NCBI GenBank assembly: GCA_026707325.1
Contig: JAPOXA010000037.1
Location: 264,822-328,821, forward strand
Length of the DNA stretch: 64,000 nt
Source of the DNA: Acidobacteriota bacterium
GTDB lineage: Bacteria > Acidobacteriota > Thermoanaerobaculia > Multivoradales > Multivoraceae
Direction of reading: 5' to 3'
Part shown: positions 38,653 to 46,899 of the stretch, piece after piece
Layout: every line of letters starts with the position of its first letter
How positions within the stretch are numbered: position 1 is the first letter of the stretch
Notes under the pieces: model-generated
Database searches by the model: none
Seen by the model: the letters and a program-made list of their open reading frames with translations, nothing else
What the model was told of the DNA's origin: nothing
Made by a program: the position numbers and the translations under genes

Positions 38653-38734
38653 CGGAACGCACGTTCCTCGGATTCCGCGTCGGCCATCGGCTGGTCGACT
38701 CGCCCATCGAAGCGCAGGAAGCCTCGACAGTCGT

Positions 38735-38764
38735 TTGACGTCCGAAACCCGCCCGTGGTAGATA
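38735..38764 (+). promoter_or_regulatory. sigma70-like promoter candidate with extended -10 (TTGACG-N18-TGgTAGATA)
   Basis: TTGACG at 38735-38740, an 18-nt spacer, TG at 38756-38757 and TAGATA at 38759-38764. It lies about 60 nt upstream of the 38826 ATG. Confidence 0.35.
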
Positions 38765-38779
38765 TCCGCGATCTTTCAC

Positions 38780-38820
38780 GGGAGGTCCTCCACCAGGGAG
38801 GTCCTCCGCAAGCAGGAGGT
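38780..38820 (+). promoter_or_regulatory. tandem palindromic GGGAGGTCCTCC units plus a related SD (operator or SD-sequestering leader)
   Basis: GGGAGGTCCTCC occurs at 38780-38791 and again at 38796-38807. AGGAGGT at 38814-38820 is the SD, 5 nt before the ATG at 38826. Each unit contains GGAGG-T-CCTCC. Confidence 0.4.
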
Positions 38821-38825
38821 TCTCG

Positions 38826-39260
38826 ATGAGGAAGTACTGGCTGGCTGCCGCAACCATGATCGCTACCGTGGCCGCTCTCGCTGCGCCTGCGGCGACAGCC
38901 CAACTGGGCAACTGCGAGATGAGGTTCGAGTTCTATCCCGACAGCGTCATGAAGAACGGCGTCTGTCAGGGAGAGGGCAGCTTCTGTCTGAACTTCTACT
39001 GGGAGTGCGACGGCCAGCCGTATCCCATTGACTACAGGTCGGAGCCGGGCCACTTGACCGTCCCCCAAACTCGTCTCGCGCTTCTGGACGGGAGCAACGT
39101 GTCAGCCGAGCCGGGTACCCAGTTCGCTCTGCCAGATGCCTCCTGCAAGACTCGCAGTCTCTTCGATGCCCTGGATCGGCGAGAAAGCTCGCACATGCAC
39201 GTTGCGAAGGAGCCGGAACCGCCGGTCAGTCCGGCGCTCTTGACACCCGCCGCGCCGTGA
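38826..39260 (+). CDS. hypothetical secreted Cys-containing protein
   Basis: 144 aa with a strong SD and a signal peptide MRKYWLAAATMIATVAALAAPAATA/QL. It has Cys residues in an NCEMRF...GVCQGEGSFCLNFYWEC cluster. GC looks lower by eye. Confidence 0.6.
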   Translation: MRKYWLAAATMIATVAALAAPAATAQLGNCEMRFEFYPDSVMKNGVCQGEGSFCLNFYWECDGQPYPIDYRSEPGHLTVPQTRLALLDGSNVSAEPGTQFALPDASCKTRSLFDALDRRESSHMHVAKEPEPPVSPALLTPAAP

Positions 39261-40600
39261 GCGATTCCCATGGCGCCGGACTCCGTCCGCGCTTTGCCGG
39301 AACCACTTTCGCGACCGCGGCCGTCTTGGCGGTGGCGTTCGCACTCAGTGCCGAGGCCGACGGCCCGCGTCTGGAACGGCTGGCGGCACTCGATCTCCCG
39401 GAGGAGATCGCCACCGCCAGTGACGTGCGGTTGCGCAACGACGGCTCTCTGCTGCTTGGCGTTGGCGGCAACGGCATCTACTCCTGGGAAGTGGGAGCGA
39501 GGCGCGCCGAACTCGTGGTCACTCTCGCGGGATCGAGTTTCGGCGTCATCCAGGACTACTCGAACGTAGGCGGTTCATCGTCAGGATCGGTGGCCTTTTC
39601 GAGTTCCGCGTACGGCGTCTACCGTCAGGACGACAGCGGAATCAGATCCTCCAAGGAGGTTGAGATCGTGGGTGACCTCGATCGGCGACACGCCAGAACC
39701 GTCGTTGTGGGACTCAGCCGTAGCGCGGACGGCGACTACGAGGACCGACTCGCTTGGCTGATTTCCGAGGACGGAACGGTTCGCGGGATTCTCCCGAGGC
39801 GAGCCGCCGAAACGAGTCACTGGTCCCTCGCTGGCGACCTGGGCGTGGCCCGAATCCTCCCGAAAGACCGAGTCTTGATCATTCCTGGCATCGAGCCGGA
39901 TGTCTTCGTTTACCACTGGGACGGTCGACTTCTCGACACGCTTGGAACCGGGACGTTCTTCGCCGACAGCCCCTGGCGGATCAGTCCGGATCAAGAGGAG
40001 TTGTTGACGGAACCCTCCTGGTTCAGGGCTTGGCTGAGTCGATACAGGATTATCGACGAGGCCGTCGTCGACGACCGGGGCAACGTCTTCTTCTTCGTTC
40101 GCCATGTGCCCACGGAATTGCCATACCCTGCACACGTCCCATCGGGTCCTCAAGGGCGAATCACCGGAGGACTGACCGTCGTCGACAGAACAGGCAACCT
40201 GAGACCGGTGCCGCTGTCGGATGCGCAGGTTGCCCAGATGATGGAGTTGATCCAGGATGCCGGCTATGACATCACCAGCGAAGAGGAGTTGGTTCGCGGA
40301 GGCGCCATTGGCGACAGAGCGCTGCTAGAGGAGTTCGGCCGGATCATGGAGACGTCCGACATTCCGCAACCACGGCGCACCAGGGTTTGCTGGGACCTCG
40401 TGCATGCCCACGTCGACGATCTCCAGGCCGCTACCAAGGCCGACTGCGTGGTTGAAGCCGAGATCGCCGATGCACGCCTGCGGGCCGATCTTCGGGGAGA
40501 CAGGGCCGTCATCCTGCTTCGGGGCGACACCTACGGCGCCGTGGCGACGATCAGACAGTCGGAGGCATTCGAGGCGCGGTTGATCCCGCCCCAAAGTTGA
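39257..40600 (+). CDS. hypothetical secreted protein
   Basis: 447 aa. The GTG start overlaps the upstream stop (GTGA). It has a signal-like N-terminus RPRFAGTTFATAAVLAVAFALSAEA. No family was recognised. Confidence 0.65.
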   Translation: MSDSHGAGLRPRFAGTTFATAAVLAVAFALSAEADGPRLERLAALDLPEEIATASDVRLRNDGSLLLGVGGNGIYSWEVGARRAELVVTLAGSSFGVIQDYSNVGGSSSGSVAFSSSAYGVYRQDDSGIRSSKEVEIVGDLDRRHARTVVVGLSRSADGDYEDRLAWLISEDGTVRGILPRRAAETSHWSLAGDLGVARILPKDRVLIIPGIEPDVFVYHWDGRLLDTLGTGTFFADSPWRISPDQEELLTEPSWFRAWLSRYRIIDEAVVDDRGNVFFFVRHVPTELPYPAHVPSGPQGRITGGLTVVDRTGNLRPVPLSDAQVAQMMELIQDAGYDITSEEELVRGGAIGDRALLEEFGRIMETSDIPQPRRTRVCWDLVHAHVDDLQAATKADCVVEAEIADARLRADLRGDRAVILLRGDTYGAVATIRQSEAFEARLIPPQS

Positions 40601-40611
40601 CAGGCCGGAAC

Positions 40612-43600
40612 ATGAGAAGTCCAGCTCGGATTCTGCTCGCGGCTTCCGGCCTTCTGGCGGTCCAGGCGACGGCCCAAGAGAGCGAAAACCGGACGAGGTT
40701 TGTTTGCCTGAATGTCGACCACCGGGCATGGGCGGTTGAACCGCTGCCGACCACCTCCTCCATCCGGTCTCTCAAGGATCTCGTTGGAGACCGGGAGATC
40801 GCCCACTGCTGGTCATGGAACGACATCTGCCCGCCCAGGAAGATCGCGGTCGATGAAGATCCGTTCTCGGCTGTCAGGGGGTGCGACCGGACTCGCGAAC
40901 TAGAAGTCAGTCTTCTTGGCCTTGGCACGGAACCGCTGCAGGTGGGCATTGTCGCCGCGCCGGTGGAGATGTGGGCAGAGGTTCCCAGGAGCCTCCTGCC
41001 TGTGACCACAACGGACGCATCGGCGTTCTCCGTTCCGCGTGGCGGCGGCCCTTGGCGCTTGCAAGCCCATGGCGGCGACCATGCATCGACTTGGCAGTAC
41101 GTCCCTGCTGGCGGAACCGCGGTGGCGTTGAGGCTGCTGCCGGCAGCCGACTTCCGGTTCGTGGTAACGGCAGGTGGCGCCCCTTTGCCGGACGCCCGCT
41201 TCTATCTGGTCAGGCCGGGACGGGGGTCGCCTCCTGACGTGCTTGGCTTTGAGGTCTCCGACGGCGAGGGCGTGGTGACGCTCCCTCTGCCGATCTCGGA
41301 GGCTTCTGCCGCAGTCGTCTCGCATGACACACGGTCAGCCGAGCCATTCCAGAACTTCAGGAACGCGCCGCCGGAGATCGAACTCGGGCGAGGCCTGACG
41401 GTGAGCGGCCAGGCCGTGGACGAGGAGGGAGAGCCGCTAATGGCGGTCCGGCTCAGGGGCTTGTCCTTTGTTCCCGACTCCTTCGGACTGATGCAGAGGC
41501 ATAGAGGACGAACCGGAGCTGACGGGCGTTTCGCGATCAGCGGCTTCTCGCCCGGCTCGGCCTCGTTGCAGACCGAGGAGGGCGACTTGGCTTTCTCCGC
41601 GACCTTCGACCTCAAGGGGTCGATGAATCTCGGCCCTGTTGTGTTGAGGGCCCCCGAGATCGCCTGGGTCCAGGCAGTCGACTCGCGGGATGGAGAACCG
41701 GTCCCCGGCGCCAGAGTTCAGGATCCGAGTGGCTACTGGACGTCCGTGGGTGAGGATGGGCTGGTCCGCCTGTCGCTCGACTTCGGCCGCGACATCGTCG
41801 TCCGCGCCGAGGGGTACATCCGAACGCAGTTCATCCTGCCGGTGCGCGCTGGCGCAACGAAGGACGAGCCGTTCGTCATCGGGCTGGCGCCAGCGTTCTC
41901 GATAGAGGGAGTGTTCGTCGCGGCGGACGGGGTCACTCCGGCGACAGGCGGCCGGGTGAGCGCCCTGAATCGGACGGGCGGCCGAACGGTCGGCATCGAG
42001 AGCGACGGCTCATTCTCCATCGACCTGCCAGGGGGCGCCTACGAGTTGGAGTTGGCTGCAGGTAACACCGGATACCGGCACATGGGGGTACAGGGCGTAG
42101 CGGGGCAATCGCTCGATCTGGGCTTCGTTTCGGCCCCGCCCGCTGCCTGGGCCCGGGGCTATCTCCTCGGCCGGGACGACTACAAGCCGGTGACAGGCGC
42201 CTCGGTGTCATACACCAGACCATCGGAGTTTGGACCCTTGTTGGCGCCGGCATTGGGTCACGTCGCGACGGTGACGACGAACGACGAAGGCTACTTCGAG
42301 ATACATGGCCTCGATCTGGGGACGTCGACGCTCAGGCTTCAGGCCGAGGGATTCGCCTCTCGGGATCTCCACGTCGAAGTACCCGCGATCCAGGGGGTAG
42401 ATGTCGGCGTCGTGGAGCTCTCGCGCGGGCGCCGGGTCACGGTCCGCTCCGACGTCGACGGGGGCATGGTCGCGCTAGACGTGGGAAGAACGGGCTTGTC
42501 ACATGATCGACTCAACGGGAAGCTGATCGAGGGAAGTGCCGAGTTCGCTGCCGTGCCGGAAGAACCGTTCGGCGTCCTGGTCTATCTGGACGGCGATCCG
42601 GTCTGCGAGAAGCACGAGGAGGATACGGAGGGTGATGAGGTCATCACTTGCAACCACAGCGCCGCGAGGGTCAGTGGACTGGTGACCAGGGGCGACAGGC
42701 CGGGGGACGGAGTACTGGTGTGGAAGCGCGTGAACGAGCCTGATCTGCCGGGGGGATTCGTGAGGCACAGGTCGGGCCCCTTCACCAGAACCGAAGAGTT
42801 GGCCCTGACGCAGAGCGTGGAGCTCACCGTGCCACTGGGGAGCGACGGTAGTTACCGCCTCGAATCGGTTCTTCCCGGCGAATGGGAGGTCATCTGGGCG
42901 CCAGTAACAGGCGGGATACAGGATGCGCGTTCCGTCAGGGTGCCGAAAGCCCGGGAGGCCATACTGGACTTTCGGTACGACAGCCTCTCGATCGCGGGCA
43001 GGGTTCTCAATCCTGATGGTCAACCTGTTGCGCTAGCGAGCGTGACGGCCTTCCCGAGTCGTCGAACCGTTGGTACGAACCGGGATGGTCGCTTTGAGAT
43101 TCTTGGATTGGAACCTGGAGTCCACCAACTGCGGGCGCGGTTCCGGCACTTGAACTCCGCCTTGGTTGAAGCGGAGTCGTCCGACTCGGGGAACCACGAA
43201 TTCGTGCAGTTGATCCTTGAGGACCGCCCTCCCGCGGGAGAGTTGGAGATCGTGCTCAGGGGCAGTGACAGCGGCTTCTGCTTCGTGGAGATGGACTCGG
43301 CCCTTCAGAAGATTGTTCAGATCGAGGCCGGCGTTGCCAGAGTGACGCCCGCGCTACCCCTTCCGAACCGGCTGCGTGTCGCCTGCCTGACGGATGGCAA
43401 GTGGATTCTGGACGGTTGGCGGGACCTGCGGACGGCCCTGGACCGCGGCATTGAGTTCAATCCGCTCGACTCGACTTCATCCATCACCCTCGTCGGCGAA
43501 GCGTCTTCGGCAATGGTGGAGATCATCGGGCCAGGTGGATGGGATCTCGGCCGGCTCCGTCTGTGGTTCAACGGCGTTTCTGCCTTCTCGGTAGGCGAGA

Positions 43601-43710
43601 CGGTCCCGAACCTGCCCATCGGGGAGTACAAAGTCAGCTTTCGGAACCTGGAGCGCGCAGTGTGGACCGAGCGGCGTCGCGTTACAAGGGTCGACGTCGA
43701 TGATCTCTGA
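40612..43710 (+). CDS. large secreted protein with multiple carboxypeptidase-regulatory-like (CarboxypepD_reg) domains
   Basis: ATG at 40612 with signal MRSPARILLAASGLLAVQATA/QE; the track start is a TTG at 40597. It has repeated units of the G.V.d..G.P...A.V.....T..dG.F.i.gl.pG type, for example GRVLNPDGQPVALASVTAFPSRRTVGTNRDGRFEILGLEPGVHQL, SGQAVDEEGEPLMAVRL...TGADGRFAISGFSPGSASL and TTNDEGYFEIHGLDLGTSTL. Confidence 0.75.
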   Translation: MRSPARILLAASGLLAVQATAQESENRTRFVCLNVDHRAWAVEPLPTTSSIRSLKDLVGDREIAHCWSWNDICPPRKIAVDEDPFSAVRGCDRTRELEVSLLGLGTEPLQVGIVAAPVEMWAEVPRSLLPVTTTDASAFSVPRGGGPWRLQAHGGDHASTWQYVPAGGTAVALRLLPAADFRFVVTAGGAPLPDARFYLVRPGRGSPPDVLGFEVSDGEGVVTLPLPISEASAAVVSHDTRSAEPFQNFRNAPPEIELGRGLTVSGQAVDEEGEPLMAVRLRGLSFVPDSFGLMQRHRGRTGADGRFAISGFSPGSASLQTEEGDLAFSATFDLKGSMNLGPVVLRAPEIAWVQAVDSRDGEPVPGARVQDPSGYWTSVGEDGLVRLSLDFGRDIVVRAEGYIRTQFILPVRAGATKDEPFVIGLAPAFSIEGVFVAADGVTPATGGRVSALNRTGGRTVGIESDGSFSIDLPGGAYELELAAGNTGYRHMGVQGVAGQSLDLGFVSAPPAAWARGYLLGRDDYKPVTGASVSYTRPSEFGPLLAPALGHVATVTTNDEGYFEIHGLDLGTSTLRLQAEGFASRDLHVEVPAIQGVDVGVVELSRGRRVTVRSDVDGGMVALDVGRTGLSHDRLNGKLIEGSAEFAAVPEEPFGVLVYLDGDPVCEKHEEDTEGDEVITCNHSAARVSGLVTRGDRPGDGVLVWKRVNEPDLPGGFVRHRSGPFTRTEELALTQSVELTVPLGSDGSYRLESVLPGEWEVIWAPVTGGIQDARSVRVPKAREAILDFRYDSLSIAGRVLNPDGQPVALASVTAFPSRRTVGTNRDGRFEILGLEPGVHQLRARFRHLNSALVEAESSDSGNHEFVQLILEDRPPAGELEIVLRGSDSGFCFVEMDSALQKIVQIEAGVARVTPALPLPNRLRVACLTDGKWILDGWRDLRTALDRGIEFNPLDSTSSITLVGEASSAMVEIIGPGGWDLGRLRLWFNGVSAFSVGETVPNLPIGEYKVSFRNLERAVWTERRRVTRVDVDDL

Positions 43711-43729
43711 ATCGTTGACGATGCGCCCC

Positions 43730-43745
43730 TGCCACGACGGTGGCA
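43730..43745 (+). terminator. weak stem-loop after the island operon
   Basis: TGCCAC-GACG-GTGGCA (6-bp stem, 4-nt loop) lies 20 nt after the stop. It has no U-tract. Confidence 0.25.
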
Positions 43746-44010
43746 CACGTGATGCATCCGCAGCGCTCCCTTGATGCAGTCCACGACCACTGTCACGTCG
43801 TAGTCGTGGCGTTCTGAATCGAACGTCTCGGCCACGCCAAGAACCTCGATTCGGTCACCTGACCGGGCCGCTCCAGGACGCGCTTCATGTGGCCCCGAGC
43901 ATCTTCCCCTGGCGGCCGGGGGTCACGAGGAGTTGGCTCCTTGCCCGTAGGCCGTCGGCTCGCTCCGGGCTCCGCGCCGCATGGGGCGCGAGACTCGGTG
44001 GCGGGCCTCG

Positions 44011-44133
44011 TCAGCGGGGACTCAGCCGCTCGCCCTGGGGCTCCGGCACCGGATTGCCGAACTCCTTTGTGGTGTCGATCCAGAGTTCCATGGCGTCGTT
44101 GACGTCGCGCAGGGCCTCCTCCTGAACCTCGCG
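44011..44133 (-). pseudogene. HicB-like antitoxin remnant (about 40 codons, no start codon)
   Basis: My translation after the TGA at 44134-44136 is REVQEEALRDVNDAMELWIDTTKEFGNPVPEPQGERLSPR*. This matches the HicB-family pattern T.eEAl....eAlelw.......G.piPeP. The N-terminal half and any DNA-binding domain are missing. Confidence 0.35.
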
Positions 44134-44136
44134 TCA

Positions 44137-44433
44137 GTCCACCTTGCAGGGTCCGGCTCGTAGAGTGTGATGATCTTCACGAGTGGACGCGGCGGACCGC
44201 TGCACTGGATGCGCAGGGGTCTGCGCGCGTTGGTGAAGCCAAGCATGAGGCAACTGGGGCCGTACTTGTCTTGAGGATAGTAACTCGCTCAACTCGGGCC
44301 GACGGAGCGCTTCCCTGACTTCCTGCACGGCTATCCGGCGCAGGATGGTCTGGTCCGTGGCATGTTCCGAGAACTCGAACCTCCCGTCTCCGATCTTCCG
44401 CGAGATCTCGCGTGGAACGTCCGCCGGCGGCAT
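44137..44433 (-). pseudogene. DUF4258-family toxin gene, frameshifted
   Basis: The N-terminal frame reads MPPADVPREISRKIGDGRFEFSEHATDQTILRRIAVQEVREALRRPEL. After a shift near 44280-44290 a second frame reads YYPQDKYGPSCLMLGFTNARRPLRIQCSGPPRPLVKIITLYEPDPARWTD. Together these resemble an intact DUF4258 protein. Confidence 0.55.
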
Positions 44434-44753
44434 CAACTCAGGCGGCGGTGCAACCAGGCTCGGACGCGCTGAATCCGGTGCCAGGCGTTGGGCCAGCGGC
44501 GGATGACGAAGGCTCGCAGGCGCTGGTTCAGCCGCTTGCTGGCCAGTGACAGGAGGGCTACGCCCGCGGGCACCAGGACGATGGCCGGAATGCCGGGCAG
44601 CGGTCCGAAGATGATGCCGAAGAGGACGAGAAGGGCGCCTAGAGCGAACAGGAGAACGCGCACTCCGATCCGCAGCGGCGGCAGCTCGTGTTCGTCTTCG
44701 ACGAGTTGGCGTGGTTGGGGATCGGGATGGTGGTCAGGTTGCGGCACGGTCAT
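44433..44753 (-). CDS. small membrane protein, PGPGW-like
   Basis: 106 aa with two TM helices flanking the GPLPGIP motif. Its stop overlaps the DUF4258 ATG (TGATG). Confidence 0.55.
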   Translation of the reverse strand: MTVPQPDHHPDPQPRQLVEDEHELPPLRIGVRVLLFALGALLVLFGIIFGPLPGIPAIVLVPAGVALLSLASKRLNQRLRAFVIRRWPNAWHRIQRVRAWLHRRLS

Positions 44754-44814
44754 CTGGCCGATCGTATTGGCGCGTTTGTGAAGACACGACGGACTGCGCC
44801 GTTCCGCCCCCGCG

Positions 44815-46050
44815 TCATTCCGGACTCGCGGCGGCTGCGGTGGTCACGTTCAGGAAGCGGCGCTTGCCCACCTTCAGCAGCGCGTTCGCTCCATCCGGCA
44901 GGGTGAAGTATGGATCGCCGATCTTCTCGCCGTCGAGGGAGACGGCGCCTTGCTGAATCAGGCGCCGGGCTTCGGCCCGGCTTCCCGTGAGACCGGCGTC
45001 GGCGATCAGGGTGAAGAGCGCCTGTCCGGACGGAACGACGCGCGTTTCGATCTCGTCCGGCACGCCGCCGCCGCGGAACATGCGGTCGAACTCGGCGCGT
45101 GCCTCGTCGGCGGCGCCGGGGCCGTGGAAGTGGCGCACCAGGTCATGGGCGAGGTCGGCCTTCAGGTCGCGTGGGCTGGCCTGCCCGCTCGCCACGTCGG
45201 CCTTCTGGCGCTCGATCCGGCTCGCGTCCATGTCGGTGAGCAGGAGCCGCCAGTCCCACATCAGGTCGTCGGGAATCGACATCGTGCGGCCGAACATCTC
45301 GCGCGGCGAGTCCTCGAACGCGATCGCGTTGCCCAGGCTCTTCGACATCTTCTGGGCGCCGTCGGTGCCGACCAGGAGCGGTACGGTGAGCGCAATCTGG
45401 GGTTCCATGCCGCGGGCGCGCATCAGGTCGCGGCCGACGAGGAGGTTGAGCAACTGGTCGTGGCCGCCGAGTTCGACGTCGGCCTCCATGACGACGGAGT
45501 CGTAGCCCTGGGTCAGCGGGTAGAGCAGCTCGTGGATCGAGATCGGCTCGTGCTTCTCGAAGCGGTCCCGGAAGTCCTCCCGCTCCATCATCCGCGCCAG
45601 CGTGTAGGAGCCGGCGAGGCGGACCAGGCCCTCGGCGCCCAGCGCTCCGAGCCACTCGCTGTTGTGCTGGATCTCGGTGCGTTCCCGGTCGAGGACCTGC
45701 CAGGCCTGTTCCTGGTAGGTCTCGGCGTTGGCCAGGACCTCGTCGCGCGAGAGTTGCGGGCGGGTGGCCTTCTTGCCGGTCGGGTCGCCGATCATCGCGG
45801 TGAAGTCGCCGACCAGGAAGACGACCCGGTGCCCGAGCTGCTGGAAGTGGGCCATCTTCCGCAGCAGCACGGCGTGGCCGAGGTGCAGGTCGGGCGCGGT
45901 GGGATCGAAGCCGGTCTTGACGAGCAGTGGACGGCCCTCCTTGCGGGACTGCTCGAGCCGCTGCCGCAGGGTGTCTTCTTCGACCACGTCGACCGCTCCG
46001 CGCAGCAGCAGTTCCATCTGCTCGTCCGTGGGGGGAAAGCCGCTGCTCAT
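44815..46050 (-). CDS. tyrS: tyrosine--tRNA ligase
   Basis: HLGH (PDLHLGHAV) and KMSKSLGN class I motifs plus a C-terminal S4-like domain; 411 aa. Confidence 0.95.
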   Translation of the reverse strand: MSSGFPPTDEQMELLLRGAVDVVEEDTLRQRLEQSRKEGRPLLVKTGFDPTAPDLHLGHAVLLRKMAHFQQLGHRVVFLVGDFTAMIGDPTGKKATRPQLSRDEVLANAETYQEQAWQVLDRERTEIQHNSEWLGALGAEGLVRLAGSYTLARMMEREDFRDRFEKHEPISIHELLYPLTQGYDSVVMEADVELGGHDQLLNLLVGRDLMRARGMEPQIALTVPLLVGTDGAQKMSKSLGNAIAFEDSPREMFGRTMSIPDDLMWDWRLLLTDMDASRIERQKADVASGQASPRDLKADLAHDLVRHFHGPGAADEARAEFDRMFRGGGVPDEIETRVVPSGQALFTLIADAGLTGSRAEARRLIQQGAVSLDGEKIGDPYFTLPDGANALLKVGKRRFLNVTTAAAASPE

Positions 46051-46074
46051 TGGGCGGAGGGTAGCAAGCCGTCC

Positions 46075-46899
46075 CTACGCCGTGGCGGCCCCGGCGATGC
46101 GGCCGCTGGCGACGATCCTGGCGTCCCCGGACAGGCGCCAGCGGCTGGCGCCGTCCGGCCCGCTCGCCGCGGCGGAAACCTGAAGGTGGAAGCCGCTCCG
46201 GGTGAGGGCTGTGACGGGCAGATCGAGGCGGCCGTCGGCGATCCCGCAGGCGGCCGCCGCGACGACGCCGGTGCCGCAGGCGAGGGTTTCCGCTTCCACC
46301 CCACGCTCGTAGGACCGGATGCGGACGCGTCCGGGCGTCTCGACGTCGACGAAGTGGACGTTGGCGCCTTCCCGTCCCAGATCCGGGTGTGCGCGCAGCA
46401 GGGGACCGAGCGACGCCACCGGCGCCTCGTCCAGATCGCCCGGCCACCGGAGGACGAAGTGGGGAACTCCGACGTCGATCCGGCGCCCCTGGTGTTCCTG
46501 CCCGTTCGCGCGGAGCGTCCTCGCTTGCCCCGCGCCGGGCGCCGGCACGAGGACGGCCGTGCGCGAGTCGTCGACCGGCTCGGCGACCAGGGCGCCGGCG
46601 CCGGTCTCGATCGTCAGGCTCGCGGCGTCCGGCTCCCGCTCGAAGGCGAGCCGGGCCGCGCAGCGGGCCGCGTTCAGGCACAGGGCGGCTCGGGCGCCGT
46701 CGGCGTTTGCGTATTCGAGGGCGTAGCGACCCTTGGCCAATCGGCGCAGGGTGAAGAGGCCGTCGGCGCCGACCGACACGCCGCGGCGGCACCAGGCGCT
46801 GATCGTCTCGGGTGCGGGCGCCGGTCGCTCGAAGAGGGCGATGAAGTCGTTGCCGGCGCCGGACACGAGCAGGAACGGCGTTCCGTCCCGGTCGGTCAT
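46075..46899 (-). CDS. dapF: diaminopimelate epimerase
   Basis: Start taken at the ATG at 46899 (MTDRDGTPFLLVSGAGNDFIALF). The second catalytic Cys motif LACGTGVVAAAA is present. The first Cys region is atypical (LCLNAARCAARL instead of CGNGaRC). The track ORF extends spuriously to 47157. Confidence 0.8.
   Translation of the reverse strand: MTDRDGTPFLLVSGAGNDFIALFERPAPAPETISAWCRRGVSVGADGLFTLRRLAKGRYALEYANADGARAALCLNAARCAARLAFEREPDAASLTIETGAGALVAEPVDDSRTAVLVPAPGAGQARTLRANGQEHQGRRIDVGVPHFVLRWPGDLDEAPVASLGPLLRAHPDLGREGANVHFVDVETPGRVRIRSYERGVEAETLACGTGVVAAAACGIADGRLDLPVTALTRSGFHLQVSAAASGPDGASRWRLSGDARIVASGRIAGAATA

Noticed and set aside
39341-39351. Palindrome GCACTCAGTGC, noticed while searching for a CIRCE (TTAGCACTC-N9-GAGTGCTAA) HrcA operator.
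   Set aside because: It lies inside the signal-peptide coding region of the 447-aa island gene. It lacks the 9-nt spacer and flanking TTA/TAA, and it is far from any chaperone gene.
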